DNA of 64,000 bases, taken from IMG/VR virus record IMGVR_UViG_3300021400_000063; one strand, 5' to 3'. The notes under the pieces are model-generated. The model made no database searches and was not told where the DNA came from. It saw only the letters and a list, made by a program, of their open reading frames with translations. Positions 26,315 through 37,766 of this stretch are shown here, piece after piece. This stretch comes from a virus (Duplodnaviria; Caudoviricetes). Numbering within the stretch: the first letter of the stretch is position 1; every line of letters begins with the position of its first letter. The translations under genes and the position numbers were made by a program.

Positions 26315-29300
26315 ATGAGTGTAATTCTTACAGAAAGTAACTATACCATACTCCGAAACAACGATCCCTCTTGGCAAGCAATGACTCGTGTATCAGATGC
26401 TAATAATGTATTTGATGTACGTCAAGAGTATGTAAAACGTGGTAATGTTAGAAACGATTTTAAAACCCAATTAAATTTATTTGATAATAACAAAGGTCTT
26501 CTTAATGACGGAACTTATATAGATTTAACTCAATTTTTTATGGATACTTCTAAAGTATCTGATAAAGAAATTCAATCTGTATCAGTTCCTTATTTTAAGT
26601 TTAAGACTAATGCTGTAATCAATAGTAAATATGTTAATTGTGGAACAGTTAGAACTAATGATAAAAGTTGTTATAAAAATGAAATTTCTGATACTTATAT
26701 CACTAAAAAACATTTTTATTCAGCTACTTCATTGAATTCTACAGTAGATCCAGAAACAAATACGGTAATTCAGCATTTTGGCGATAAAGAAATACTTGAA
26801 AAAGATATTAGCTCATTTCCATTACAACGAGTCGATAAACTTGTTGTAAATGAATTTGCTTCTCTTTTTATATATGTAAATGGTTTAAAAATACCGGATA
26901 ATGAAGTATTTGTTTATTCAAACAAAATGTATACAGATGTATTTATTCCTAAAAAATACATTCCTGGAAATATTTATGACGATAATTCTAATATAGATTG
27001 TGTATTTACGATCGATTATAGACAGTCTGGATCAGAATGTTTATACCATCGTGGTAAAATTAATGGTAGTTCTATAACTATTGATTTAACCGAAAGTCAA
27101 TATAAATATGATGATCATCGAAATTTAGAAATTATAAAAGAGAAAATATTAGCTTTTGTTAATGGTGAAGAATTCATTGTAGATTCTATTAGTAAAGATG
27201 GTAATTTATTGACTCTTAATTTCCCAGTATCTTTCGTTTCAGGTGATTTGGAATTTTATATTCTCAATGATGTAATTTACAGATATAAAGTTCCTACAAT
27301 TACACATGTTGATGAAGATACAAATAAATTACACTTTTATATCAACGACGATTATAAAGTTGATATTATTTCCGGTCCTATTACAAAATCTGCCCTTTCT
27401 TTTTTCTATGATGGTAAGAGGGTGGATGATTCGAAAATAATTCAAACGTCCAGATTTTCGTTTGAATATTCGATAACAGAAACTGATTTTGACGAAAATA
27501 AAGTAGATTTCTTTATTGAAGATATTGGTAAGAAAGTTGATGATGCAGCATATTCTTCTTATGGAGATGATTATTATCTTCTTAATATGCTTGGTGTAAA
27601 ACGATGTGTTGATAGAATGCGCGGTCATTATACATATTCAATTTTTGATGATACAAAATATCAAACTAGTTTTAAAGAAGTTTTGTCTAATAATGGTGAT
27701 TTATTTGATGTACAAAAAGCTATTAATAAATATGATAAACTTAAACTAGAAAGAAATACTGCTACATCTAGAGCTAAAGAATTGATTACTGAACGTCCTA
27801 CACTTTTAAGACGTCTCATGGAACAATGGAAAAATCCTAGTAAACGTTTCTTAGTTTACGGAAATGCTGAAGATGTAAAAGTTACATCAGTAAGTAAAAT
27901 TGAAAATATAAATCAAAATGTTTATTATAAAATTTACGTTAACCATCAATTAATTGATTTTACAAAATATACGACAGACCGTGAAACAGATATAGATTAT
28001 ATCACAATTGATAAATCTTGTTTTGATCCATTAGTACAAGATGAAACTGGTAAATATATTTCTGGTGTAAATACTGTAGAAATATTTCAGTTTGATTTAA
28101 CTTATCGTGAAAAATCGATTTATAGAACTAATCTGTCAGAATTTAGTGAACTTGGTTATGATGAAGAAGGTAATAAAGTTTATTCTAAACGATTTACCTA
28201 TGATCAACTTCCATTTGGTGAAACATTCCTGACGGATGATGTTTGTGCTATCGAACAAGTTTGTAAAAAATGGTATGATTCTACTCAAGATGAATATTAT
28301 TTAGTTTATCCAACAAAAGACAATATTGGTTATAGAATGGTTAAAAAATTCTATATAACTGATAGAGATGATACTGGATTAACAATTAATGTACAATTGT
28401 ATGAAGCTGAAAAAACAGAAGGATATTTCTTTATTCTCATTAAGCAATATAATGTAATTGAAGAATTAATTTATTCAAATATCGACCAGTCTTACATGTC
28501 TGATAACGATTTGATTATACCTATTTATTCTAAATACATTATTTATAATCATACTACAAAACTTAATAGTAATGGTAATTCATATGATGAATTAACAGGT
28601 GTTAATGAAGTAATTGATTTTATTCCTTATATCAATAACTCTGAACCTATTATTAGTAAAAACGGATATGAGTTGATTTATGGAAAAGATTATACATTTA
28701 TTAATCCTGAAAAAAATAAGGCCATTGCTTCATCATTTATTGTTTTGAAAGCTCAGCCTACTACAAATGATATTTTCACAGTTCAGTTCAACTCAACTAA
28801 GACAAACATTCTTATTGTCGGTTATGATGATCTTGTAATCAATAATAGATATGGTTTAGTTTATTTATCTGAATTAAAATATCCAGTTTCTACAGAATAT
28901 ATGAATATTTTTATCAATGGAAATAAAATGTCGGCTTACGATATTGATATTTTGTCTGATAAACTTATTCGTGTACATAATATTACAAGACCTATAAGAA
29001 CTATTCTGATTACTACTAATTTACAATATAAGGAATCGGAAATTCAAGACTATATAGATCTTTATCAACCTACAGCTTTCGAAAAACTTTTGGAAGAAAT
29101 ATTCTGGAACTGTGATCCTTCTAAACCTAACGAAGCCAATAGACCTAATATAGATTTCGTTTATAAAATGAATCCATATTATTCTGATTTTGTTGGCGAT
29201 GATGGAGAAAATTATTCTAATCAGTATTATAAAGAATATACCGATTATATAATTGCTCATGGCTATGATATTCTACCAACTGATAATTTTGAAGATATAA

Positions 29301-30280
29301 TTCAGAAACCTTCTAAATCTGAAGAAGAACAATACGAAGCTTGGCAAAAAGCTAAAGTTTTCTTTGAAGCTTATAAAGGAAATCACGGATTTGTTACAGA
29401 TGTAGACAGTGTTAAACAGATTGAAAATCCTGAAGAAACTGGAGAATCTGAAAATGCTTTTTCAGATACTTTAGAATTAATGTATATCAACTGGTTAGCT
29501 AATTCTGGAAAAACAAGAACTCAAGGTTTTAAAGATATTGATATAGACCCTATAGTTCTTAAATACTTCTCAGTATTTGAAAACGTAATCATTAATGATA
29601 GATTGGATATCGTTATAGATGCTAATCGTTTTTATGATGGTATGATGCCTGACGTTATAAATCCTATCAGAGAAGTAAATGTAGTTGATGGAACTGTAAA
29701 ACATATTTATCCTGGCTCAACAATAAATCTTAGAAGAAGTTTCTTCTATGCTATTTTACTCGATACTTTTGATAATTCTGAAGATGATCTATTTATCGAT
29801 TCTACAACAGGAGAAGATAAATTAGTTCAAGCCATGTGTCAAAATAAATTATCTAATATACTGTATCCTATAGATTTTCCATTAGCTCCTGATAAAAAAG
29901 GAATTAAATGGACTGGAACAGATGTAGATATTGTTAATTTTGATTATGGATGGAATTCAGAAATATTAGAAGATGCTTGTGAAAAAGTTCTTATGATAAA
30001 AGCTAAAAAATATGTTGAAGATTGTTCTATTCTCAAATATTTGGGAATTAGATATATACTTAATAAAATATATCCATTGAAGTATGTATACAATATGGAT
30101 TTCGATGCTGAAGATGGATACTATGCATCCATTGAAAATGCATTAATAAAATTCCTTTCATCAAAAGATGGATTAGGTGATAATTTGGACAACGTTCAAT
30201 ACGATATTTATAAAGCTTTAGCTAAACGTAAAGCTAAAGAGTTGATAAATATTATTTATCCTAATACATTTAAACTCTAA
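26315..30280 (+). CDS. Large probable virion structural protein (tail/baseplate)
   Basis: 1321 aa; recurring beta-rich units (IYVNG, AFVNG, FYDG, IFING) typical of jumbo-phage virion proteins; late-type promoter. Confidence 0.6.
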   Translation: MSVILTESNYTILRNNDPSWQAMTRVSDANNVFDVRQEYVKRGNVRNDFKTQLNLFDNNKGLLNDGTYIDLTQFFMDTSKVSDKEIQSVSVPYFKFKTNAVINSKYVNCGTVRTNDKSCYKNEISDTYITKKHFYSATSLNSTVDPETNTVIQHFGDKEILEKDISSFPLQRVDKLVVNEFASLFIYVNGLKIPDNEVFVYSNKMYTDVFIPKKYIPGNIYDDNSNIDCVFTIDYRQSGSECLYHRGKINGSSITIDLTESQYKYDDHRNLEIIKEKILAFVNGEEFIVDSISKDGNLLTLNFPVSFVSGDLEFYILNDVIYRYKVPTITHVDEDTNKLHFYINDDYKVDIISGPITKSALSFFYDGKRVDDSKIIQTSRFSFEYSITETDFDENKVDFFIEDIGKKVDDAAYSSYGDDYYLLNMLGVKRCVDRMRGHYTYSIFDDTKYQTSFKEVLSNNGDLFDVQKAINKYDKLKLERNTATSRAKELITERPTLLRRLMEQWKNPSKRFLVYGNAEDVKVTSVSKIENINQNVYYKIYVNHQLIDFTKYTTDRETDIDYITIDKSCFDPLVQDETGKYISGVNTVEIFQFDLTYREKSIYRTNLSEFSELGYDEEGNKVYSKRFTYDQLPFGETFLTDDVCAIEQVCKKWYDSTQDEYYLVYPTKDNIGYRMVKKFYITDRDDTGLTINVQLYEAEKTEGYFFILIKQYNVIEELIYSNIDQSYMSDNDLIIPIYSKYIIYNHTTKLNSNGNSYDELTGVNEVIDFIPYINNSEPIISKNGYELIYGKDYTFINPEKNKAIASSFIVLKAQPTTNDIFTVQFNSTKTNILIVGYDDLVINNRYGLVYLSELKYPVSTEYMNIFINGNKMSAYDIDILSDKLIRVHNITRPIRTILITTNLQYKESEIQDYIDLYQPTAFEKLLEEIFWNCDPSKPNEANRPNIDFVYKMNPYYSDFVGDDGENYSNQYYKEYTDYIIAHGYDILPTDNFEDIIQKPSKSEEEQYEAWQKAKVFFEAYKGNHGFVTDVDSVKQIENPEETGESENAFSDTLELMYINWLANSGKTRTQGFKDIDIDPIVLKYFSVFENVIINDRLDIVIDANRFYDGMMPDVINPIREVNVVDGTVKHIYPGSTINLRRSFFYAILLDTFDNSEDDLFIDSTTGEDKLVQAMCQNKLSNILYPIDFPLAPDKKGIKWTGTDVDIVNFDYGWNSEILEDACEKVLMIKAKKYVEDCSILKYLGIRYILNKIYPLKYVYNMDFDAEDGYYASIENALIKFLSSKDGLGDNLDNVQYDIYKALAKRKAKELINIIYPNTFKL

Positions 30281-30314
30281 ATGATGAAATTAAATATAAC
30301 GTAAGGAGAACAAA

Positions 30315-32267
30315 ATGGCTGAAGAAATTTCAGATACAAGTCCTGATAGACAGGCTTATACACAGCTTTCTAGCGAAGGATATAAAGGACGTTTTGCAGC
30401 TAATATTGCTGATATTCGTTTATTTAAAGATAATCCATATATTGCAGATCTCGATCAAGCAGATCGTCTCGAATTAAATAAATCGTTATTAACACCATAT
30501 GATGGTGAGCAATTTTATGATGACGATAGATATGTTTATCTTTGTAAACTTGTTAAAGATGCTATTACTGGTGAAGAACGCTATGTTTATACATCTAAAG
30601 AAAAAGAAGTTAATGAACGTTTAGCTTATTATGAATCTCAGGGTGTATTAAATCAGTTAATGTCTGCTTATAATAATGGACGTATTTACACATTGTATAT
30701 CGACAGATCAAATCTTATGATGTATCCTAATACATCATTGACTTGGCCTGAAGATTATGCTTACTATACAGTAAAAGCTCAAAAGCTTAATGAAGATAAT
30801 AAACCTATTTATGTAGCAGGTATGATTCAAGATAATAATCTTGTTGGTAAAAATATCGGTATGGTTACACAGCGTGATGATGCTGTTGGAACAGCATATA
30901 CTCGTATGCTTCCTGCTAAGATTTTCGCTACAGAAGAAGTTGATCCTATTAGACAGACCGAAGTTATTAAAAATAATGAATTCTATCAGGTAGATTTCTT
31001 TAACAGTAATGGAACTTTACTTGGTACAAGATTATTCCAGGCTGTAGATTCTACTGTAACTGATACAGAAGTTCCTTCACAGTCTATTTCTGATATCAAT
31101 ATTACAGTTCTTCGTAATAATATTTCTCAATCTTCAGCTAACGGTGTTTATCCTGTACAAGCTGGAGAGGATGTTTCAAATACACTTTCATTCGTAGTTA
31201 GAGTTGTATTTAATGATGGAACTAATAAACTTGTTTCTCTTAATTCGCCTAATCTTGATATTGAAGGTCTTGATAACTGGAGTACAGAAAATAAAGCTCA
31301 AGGTGAAACTCATGACGTTGTAATTAGATATTACGCCAACGTTGATGAATTTAACCAACCTTATGGAACATATGTTGAAAAGACAATTAAGTTCCAGATC
31401 GTAGCTAATACTACAGAAACTATTTATAAGATCCTTCCAGTAATGTGGCAAGAACAAGGAACTAGTGTAGATTCTTCTATTAAGAATAGAATTTACAGAC
31501 TTAAAGTATTTACTATTAACAGTGATGGTGAAGTTGAAAATAAAACTAGAGCTTTCTTTAATACATTCAAGAAAATAGATAGTGACGGTTCATCTGTTGA
31601 ATTTACAGATTGTCCATATATTTTCGACACATATGACCAGTCAATGGTATTTACTTGTAAATCAGATTATACAGTTGGTAGCGATACTACATTTGGATTT
31701 ACTCTTTATACAAATGGTTCTTCTAAAGAATTCCGTTTCGTTGTTAAGTTCGGTGCAGATGCTAGTTCATTTAATGGTGCACTTATTACTAATTATGGAT
31801 CTGTTAGTTCATATGGATATGAAGATGGTGGTGCACTTACAACTCTTAAAGAAACATATGATAGATCATCTGTTAATTTAAGCAATATTGCAAAAATTTA
31901 TAGACTAGATAATACACTTACTATCCAGATTACAAATCCTCAAGGACTTATCGGAAAGACTAAATTTGTCGATAGATATAAGCGTAAGATTTCTGCAGAT
32001 GGAACTTATTTGCAGCCTAATAGACTTCAGGTATATTCTGTTAAAGATTCGACTTATACAAAACTTATTTCAGATTTCCCAATTAATTCTGGTGATACTG
32101 ATACTGGAAGAATGGCACCTATTAGTGAACGTTCAGTTTCTATCCTTGTAAACGATCTTCAAGATTATGATTTCATTTTAACAAAATGGGTAAATGATAC
32201 AAATGGTGTTTTAACAACAACAGATATCGATGTTTATGTAATTAATCATGAACAGACTAGTCTTTAA
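30315..32267 (+). CDS. Probable virion structural protein
   Basis: Beta-rich, Ig-like segment VRVVFNDGT; within the late operon. Confidence 0.55.
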   Translation: MAEEISDTSPDRQAYTQLSSEGYKGRFAANIADIRLFKDNPYIADLDQADRLELNKSLLTPYDGEQFYDDDRYVYLCKLVKDAITGEERYVYTSKEKEVNERLAYYESQGVLNQLMSAYNNGRIYTLYIDRSNLMMYPNTSLTWPEDYAYYTVKAQKLNEDNKPIYVAGMIQDNNLVGKNIGMVTQRDDAVGTAYTRMLPAKIFATEEVDPIRQTEVIKNNEFYQVDFFNSNGTLLGTRLFQAVDSTVTDTEVPSQSISDINITVLRNNISQSSANGVYPVQAGEDVSNTLSFVVRVVFNDGTNKLVSLNSPNLDIEGLDNWSTENKAQGETHDVVIRYYANVDEFNQPYGTYVEKTIKFQIVANTTETIYKILPVMWQEQGTSVDSSIKNRIYRLKVFTINSDGEVENKTRAFFNTFKKIDSDGSSVEFTDCPYIFDTYDQSMVFTCKSDYTVGSDTTFGFTLYTNGSSKEFRFVVKFGADASSFNGALITNYGSVSSYGYEDGGALTTLKETYDRSSVNLSNIAKIYRLDNTLTIQITNPQGLIGKTKFVDRYKRKISADGTYLQPNRLQVYSVKDSTYTKLISDFPINSGDTDTGRMAPISERSVSILVNDLQDYDFILTKWVNDTNGVLTTTDIDVYVINHEQTSL

Positions 32268-32280
32268 TGGAGGAAACTAA

Positions 32281-34416
32281 ATGGCTGATTTTGTTTATAG
32301 TGAAACAATAATCAACCGTGCACCTTCTGAAAAAACTTGTTTTGATCCACAAACAGTTGTATTTGTATTTGATAAGGGTATCGCTCCGATAGCTATGTCG
32401 CTCGATACCCTTTTATTAAGACAGAAACGTACTAGAACGGTAGATATTTTTAATTTCGAATATTCTGCAGATCCTGATGAAAAAGAATCGCAGATTCTTA
32501 TTGGAGCCGACAAAGAAGTGATTAGCTCAATGGAAACTTATTTAGATATGGTAAAATATCTATCGTTTAAATACGGATTGAAACATGAATATTATAAGAA
32601 TTTGCATGGTATCTGGATTAATATGGGAATGATAAGGCCTCAAATGGGTGTTACCAACCATGGAATTTTTACATCATTAGTTGGAAATATCGATCCTGAC
32701 GATTATGTTTTAGGCAATACTACATATGAAAAAGTATGTGATAGTCTTTTATTTAATCAGGATAATCCTGTATGGAATACATTTAAAGTACAAGATATTT
32801 TCGATGTTCCTGAAACAGTTTATTACGATTCTGATAATATTGAACATCATATTAAACGCGGTGACGGTCAATATAATCTTGAATCTGTTCCGTGTAAAAT
32901 ATTTGAAGAATCTAATAGATGTGTAAGAAATAATGTACATAATGATTTTGGAAAATTCACATATCGTTTAGGTAATTATGAAACAAATGTATTTGCTACT
33001 GGAAACTATAGCGATAATAATCATCATATGTTTGATGATCTTGTTTTAACATTTGTTAATAGTGATAATACCCCATGTTCGGATTTAGACAATATGTTTA
33101 TTGTTTGTAATGGACTTATTGTAGATTACAAACGTTCTGAATTTTCTGAAAATCAAATATTTATTCCAAATGTAATTAAATATGCTACATATCAACAAAC
33201 ATCAATGAAAGAAGGAAAAAATCCCAATGCTTACCTATCTAAAACAGTTAATGATGCTGGTATTTGTATTTGGAATTTTAATATTCCTTATGAATCTCGT
33301 GGATATTCTTATTTCTTCGATATTAAAATTTATAAATGGGAAAATGTTATTGTTTCTCATCATCTTGCTCCTTTATCTGTTGGAAATCTTCTTAAGAGTG
33401 AACCTGCAGAACCATCAAAATCGGTTTGGCTTACAACTAGACTCAATTTTTCAAATGCTATAGATAAGAATAAAACTATTTTGATTTGTAACAATCAAAT
33501 AGTTTCTAAAACTGATTGGGATGTAGACCCATCAAAATCTAATTCTATTATTTTGAAAAATATATCAATCGAATTTGATATTTTGTATGCTGAATTATAT
33601 GCTAAATTGAAAAAATATTTGGAAATCATTATAGGTCATCGCGTAGAAACATTACCTACAGTATCAGAGTTTATTAAACCTGATAAGACTTATACTGATG
33701 AAGAATTTGTCGAATTGATGGAAGAATATCAGGAAGCAATAAAGAATTATTACGGTGTAGAAGAATTCAATTATCATTTCGTTTCATCAGCTATAAATGT
33801 TGTAAATGCTCAATTTAAAGATCGTATTTACAATATTATCCAATTTGATACTGCTACTCCAGTAAGTTATGATATTGAAGTTATTGAAAATAGAAACGAT
33901 ATATTATTCGATAAACCTGCTAAAGATTGTATGCGTAATAAACATTGGACTCCAGATGATATCTTGGTAATCAATGGAAATGTACATACTTTCGAAAATG
34001 TATATGCTGATGTATTTAAACCAGTACGTCGTTGGTATTTGAATAATATTGATGGTGTATTCGAAAATGCCGATGGGTATAAATTACAGGTCGTCAGACT
34101 TAATAAAAAATCAAGCAACTATATGAAGCTTAATTATCAGATGATGATAAATGGTCAAATCGATGGCTATAGGTATTTCACATATAATTCTGAAAAAGAT
34201 GAATATATACCTTATAATTCTGCAGTTAAAGACTTTAAAGCTAATTATATTCAAATTGATACAGCTTCTGAAGCATTTGATTCTAAGATGACTTATTTTA
34301 TAAAAATAGGAACTACTTATCAGAAAGTTGCTCCTAGTAGTTTGAATGGGTTTGATGATGGAGTCCAATATTTCAGAAAAGAATTTGTTCAAGATATTTA
34401 TGTTTTGAAAAAATAA
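32281..34416 (+). CDS. Probable virion structural protein
   Basis: IVCNG/LVING units, Tyr-rich C-terminal repeats; within the late operon. Confidence 0.55.
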   Translation: MADFVYSETIINRAPSEKTCFDPQTVVFVFDKGIAPIAMSLDTLLLRQKRTRTVDIFNFEYSADPDEKESQILIGADKEVISSMETYLDMVKYLSFKYGLKHEYYKNLHGIWINMGMIRPQMGVTNHGIFTSLVGNIDPDDYVLGNTTYEKVCDSLLFNQDNPVWNTFKVQDIFDVPETVYYDSDNIEHHIKRGDGQYNLESVPCKIFEESNRCVRNNVHNDFGKFTYRLGNYETNVFATGNYSDNNHHMFDDLVLTFVNSDNTPCSDLDNMFIVCNGLIVDYKRSEFSENQIFIPNVIKYATYQQTSMKEGKNPNAYLSKTVNDAGICIWNFNIPYESRGYSYFFDIKIYKWENVIVSHHLAPLSVGNLLKSEPAEPSKSVWLTTRLNFSNAIDKNKTILICNNQIVSKTDWDVDPSKSNSIILKNISIEFDILYAELYAKLKKYLEIIIGHRVETLPTVSEFIKPDKTYTDEEFVELMEEYQEAIKNYYGVEEFNYHFVSSAINVVNAQFKDRIYNIIQFDTATPVSYDIEVIENRNDILFDKPAKDCMRNKHWTPDDILVINGNVHTFENVYADVFKPVRRWYLNNIDGVFENADGYKLQVVRLNKKSSNYMKLNYQMMINGQIDGYRYFTYNSEKDEYIPYNSAVKDFKANYIQIDTASEAFDSKMTYFIKIGTTYQKVAPSSLNGFDDGVQYFRKEFVQDIYVLKK

Positions 34417-34421
34417 AATAT

Positions 34422-34447
34422 TGTAGGTGGAGATATCTCCACCTACA
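34422..34447. terminator. Bidirectional terminator between convergent genes
   Basis: Perfect 26-bp palindrome tgtaggtggagatatctccacctaca. Confidence 0.75.
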
Positions 34448-34453
34448 GTTTAT

Positions 34454-35230
34454 TTATACACATATTTGAATTAATGGTAGTATAAAATTTATATAATTAC
34501 TACTTTTGTCTAAAATACAATTTTCCGATTCGGTTAATGGTACATCACTATAAACCGGTCTACCATCAACAATATATTTTAACATATTTTTATTTTTAAT
34601 ATCTCTAAATATATCAATATTTGTGTTTGTAAGATATTGTAATCTTATTTGTTTTAATCTACGTAAAGTTTCAATTCTATCAACATTTACAGAATCATCG
34701 ATTATACAACAAATCTTTTTCAATACAATTTTAACGAAATCGTATTTATTTGTTTCCTCTTCTTGACCTACGCCTTTAATACGTAAACGTTTTGTTACTC
34801 TATCGAATAAAATATATTCAGTTTTAGATATATAGAATAATGATGTATAACTGATACCTTCTTTACATCTAAATGTAGCAATATTATCAAACACAGTAGT
34901 TGATGCTATTTGATTAGCAATTAATAAACTATCTGGTGTGCTTCCTAAAAAGTTTGTTTGTGAAATATTATTTACTTTTAAGAATTTGTTAAATAACTCA
35001 AGAATTTTAGTATCTATTTGCTTTCTTAATAAAGGATTTGCTTTTATTAAATTACCAATTCTTATAGTATATTCACTTTTTGGAAGTGAACTTAATGATG
35101 TAAAAGTTGGATCATTTGGATATAATAATGCTAAAACTGTTGGATGCGCTTTTCTAAGATCGTATTCTGTTATATTACTCCCTATAATTGTATTAGAAAC
35201 GTTATTATTTATAAGTCTAATTAATTCCAT
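34454..35230 (-). CDS. Minimal divergent family-B DNA polymerase-like protein
   Basis: EYDLRKAHPT (motif A-like), LGSTPDSLL (motif C-like), LRIKGVG (KG motif); no exonuclease domain. Confidence 0.55.
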   Translation of the reverse strand: MELIRLINNNVSNTIIGSNITEYDLRKAHPTVLALLYPNDPTFTSLSSLPKSEYTIRIGNLIKANPLLRKQIDTKILELFNKFLKVNNISQTNFLGSTPDSLLIANQIASTTVFDNIATFRCKEGISYTSLFYISKTEYILFDRVTKRLRIKGVGQEEETNKYDFVKIVLKKICCIIDDSVNVDRIETLRRLKQIRLQYLTNTNIDIFRDIKNKNMLKYIVDGRPVYSDVPLTESENCILDKSSNYINFILPLIQICV

Positions 35231-35335
35231 AATTTTACCTTTAAATCTCTTTATTCTCCTAAAAGAGTATATAAATCATTAAAAATTAATTTATATTATA
35301 ATATACTTACATTTATAAGGAGTTAAAAGATAATT

Positions 35336-36505
35336 ATGAGTGCTTATAATTCTTTTTTAATTAAACATTTTTATGATAAAAATGACAATTCAAAAGCTGC
35401 GGTTTGTAAAGTAACTGGAATTATACCTACAAAGGATAATAAAGGTGCACTTTATGTATTCAATAATGAAGCTCATGTGGCTTTAAATGATAGAGAAACA
35501 GTTAAAAATTTCTTTATCAATATTTTAAAAAACGGATACTGTAATGGAATTCCTCAGGAAATTGGTAGTGTAGACGATCGAACTATTACATCGTTTATGA
35601 TTGATTTGCGAAAAATTAATGAATATGAAAACTTTGCAAATGATGTAATTATAGCATATAATGAAGCAAAAAATTCTATTAAAGAAGAATCTAAAGCTAT
35701 TCTTGCTAAAAATTTCGAACCTGCAACTGCTGTTATTTCTATAATTAAACATGTAAAATCTGATTATTCTGAAAAACTTGGTGATGTTCAGATTATTTAT
35801 TTTGATGTCTATACATCTGGATATTGTGATGGATATCTTACAATGGTTTTGGAAGGTAAAAAATATCCATTTATAGATTTTGAAAAAATGACTGGATTCA
35901 GTACATCTGAAGATCTTAAAGTTGCAGGGAGTTTAACTAATGGAATTAATGCTGGTTTCATTAAACCTGCACCATTTACACTTGGTCCTGTCGTATTTAA
36001 CCCAATTGGTAACGATAGTGTAGATCTTGATTCTAACGGAATGATTATTAATTATATTGGTTTGCTAAGAAATAATCCTACTAATTTTAAAGAATTCCGT
36101 ATTTATGCAACTCTTAAATTCTCTCCAAAAACACAGGATGGTAAATTTATCGGAAGATCTCTAGAGGCATATGATAAATTTGTTGAATTTATTAAGCTTA
36201 CCAATGAACAATCTAAAACTGGTAAAGAACTTTCTGAAATAGTTTATCTTCCATTCTTATTCGATAGTGTAAAAATCGAAATTCAGGGAACAAATCCGGA
36301 ACATGTAAAAGCTATAGATATTGCTACAATTTTATATAAAGCATTTATCAATCTTACAATTGAAAATTTTGAAGCTTTATCTAACGATTCTATTATCGAC
36401 CCTTCAAATATTATTGTGGAATCTGATGATGTTTGTACTATAAAATTTAAAACCGAAAATAGTGTATATCTTACACCAATTTTTGAAAAAACATCTATAA
36501 AATAA
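35336..36505 (+). CDS. Hypothetical protein
   Basis: 389-aa ORF, AAGGAG SD; hairpin 36515-36548 follows. Confidence 0.8.
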   Translation: MSAYNSFLIKHFYDKNDNSKAAVCKVTGIIPTKDNKGALYVFNNEAHVALNDRETVKNFFINILKNGYCNGIPQEIGSVDDRTITSFMIDLRKINEYENFANDVIIAYNEAKNSIKEESKAILAKNFEPATAVISIIKHVKSDYSEKLGDVQIIYFDVYTSGYCDGYLTMVLEGKKYPFIDFEKMTGFSTSEDLKVAGSLTNGINAGFIKPAPFTLGPVVFNPIGNDSVDLDSNGMIINYIGLLRNNPTNFKEFRIYATLKFSPKTQDGKFIGRSLEAYDKFVEFIKLTNEQSKTGKELSEIVYLPFLFDSVKIEIQGTNPEHVKAIDIATILYKAFINLTIENFEALSNDSIIDPSNIIVESDDVCTIKFKTENSVYLTPIFEKTSIK

Positions 36506-36573
36506 TTTGCATTTTTGTACTGAGCTAATTTATATTGGCTCAGTACAATAAATAAATATTTAAGGTTTAAAAA

Positions 36574-37323
36574 ATGAAAACTGAAGAAAAGTCATTAACT
36601 ACAATTATTGAAACTACAAATAATTTGCAAGTTCAAGTAGATGATGATGTTATTAATAAAGATCCGTTTGATCCTAAATTCCATATAACAGATTCTAATA
36701 AGTCTGAAATGATTAAGTATTTTGAAAAAGAAATACGTGATTCATTTGAATATAAATGGCTTATAGATATGTTTAAACGTGTACTCGATGTTAAATCTTG
36801 TGTATTTTTTAAAGGCTATAGTCTTGAAAATGGAATGAAATTAGAATTTCACCATCATCCGTTTACACTTTATGATTATGTAGAAGCTGTTGTTAATAAA
36901 CAAATGGATAATCATCAGGATAACTGGGTTTTAGAAAATGAAGTTGAAAAAGAAACAACATTGATTCATTATAAACTTATGGTTGGATTAGTACCTTTAA
37001 ACCCAACAGCTCATGCTCAAGTTCACGATCATGTTTTGGATATACCTCCAGAATTAATTATTGGAGATTATGATCGTTTTTATAAAGAATATGAAAAATT
37101 TATTCCTGAAACTACGAAAATTAAATTTAAAGAATATCTCGAGAATTATCCTAAAGGACATGAACTCGAATATCCTGAGAATTTTAAATATAAACCTACT
37201 ACTATTATAGCAAATAATAAAAATCTTATCACTCAAGAAAAAATAGATCAATTATTACTTGGTGATAGATTAAATAATATAAACAATGAGTTTATAACTA
37301 AATACTTAGAGGAGAATAAATAA
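36574..37323 (+). CDS. HNH/His-Me-finger-like protein, paralog 1
   Basis: C...LEFHHHPFTLYDYV...VPLNPTAHAQVH. Confidence 0.55.
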   Translation: MKTEEKSLTTIIETTNNLQVQVDDDVINKDPFDPKFHITDSNKSEMIKYFEKEIRDSFEYKWLIDMFKRVLDVKSCVFFKGYSLENGMKLEFHHHPFTLYDYVEAVVNKQMDNHQDNWVLENEVEKETTLIHYKLMVGLVPLNPTAHAQVHDHVLDIPPELIIGDYDRFYKEYEKFIPETTKIKFKEYLENYPKGHELEYPENFKYKPTTIIANNKNLITQEKIDQLLLGDRLNNINNEFITKYLEENK

Positions 37324-37325
37324 TT

Positions 37326-37766
37326 ATGAAAGTATTTCTTAGAATTTTAACAGAAATTTGGCAACTTCCACAACATATCATCGCATATGTAATAATGCTT
37401 GTAAATCGTAAATCGATTAAGCCAATGGTTAGTAAAGATGGTATTCTTTATTATTTAGTAGATCATTTATTTGATTGTGGAGTTTCTTTGGGAAATTATA
37501 TTTTCTTAGATATTGATGGAAATTATGATTATATAACAGTTAGACATGAACATGGGCACCAGATTCAAAGTTTAATATTTGGTCCATTGTATTTAATATT
37601 TATCGGTTTACCATCAATTATAGGAAATATTGTAGATAGAATTAAATATAAATATTTTAAAAAATATTACGATCCTGATTTTTATTATAAACAACCTTGG
37701 GAAGCTTGGGCCAATAAATTAGGCGGAGTTATTAGAAAAACTAGTAATAATGTAAAAGGAATTTGA
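37326..37766 (+). CDS. Small membrane-associated zincin-like protein
   Basis: VRHEHGHQIQS (HExxH), hydrophobic GPLYLIFIGLPS, QPWEAWA. Confidence 0.65.
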   Translation: MKVFLRILTEIWQLPQHIIAYVIMLVNRKSIKPMVSKDGILYYLVDHLFDCGVSLGNYIFLDIDGNYDYITVRHEHGHQIQSLIFGPLYLIFIGLPSIIGNIVDRIKYKYFKKYYDPDFYYKQPWEAWANKLGGVIRKTSNNVKGI

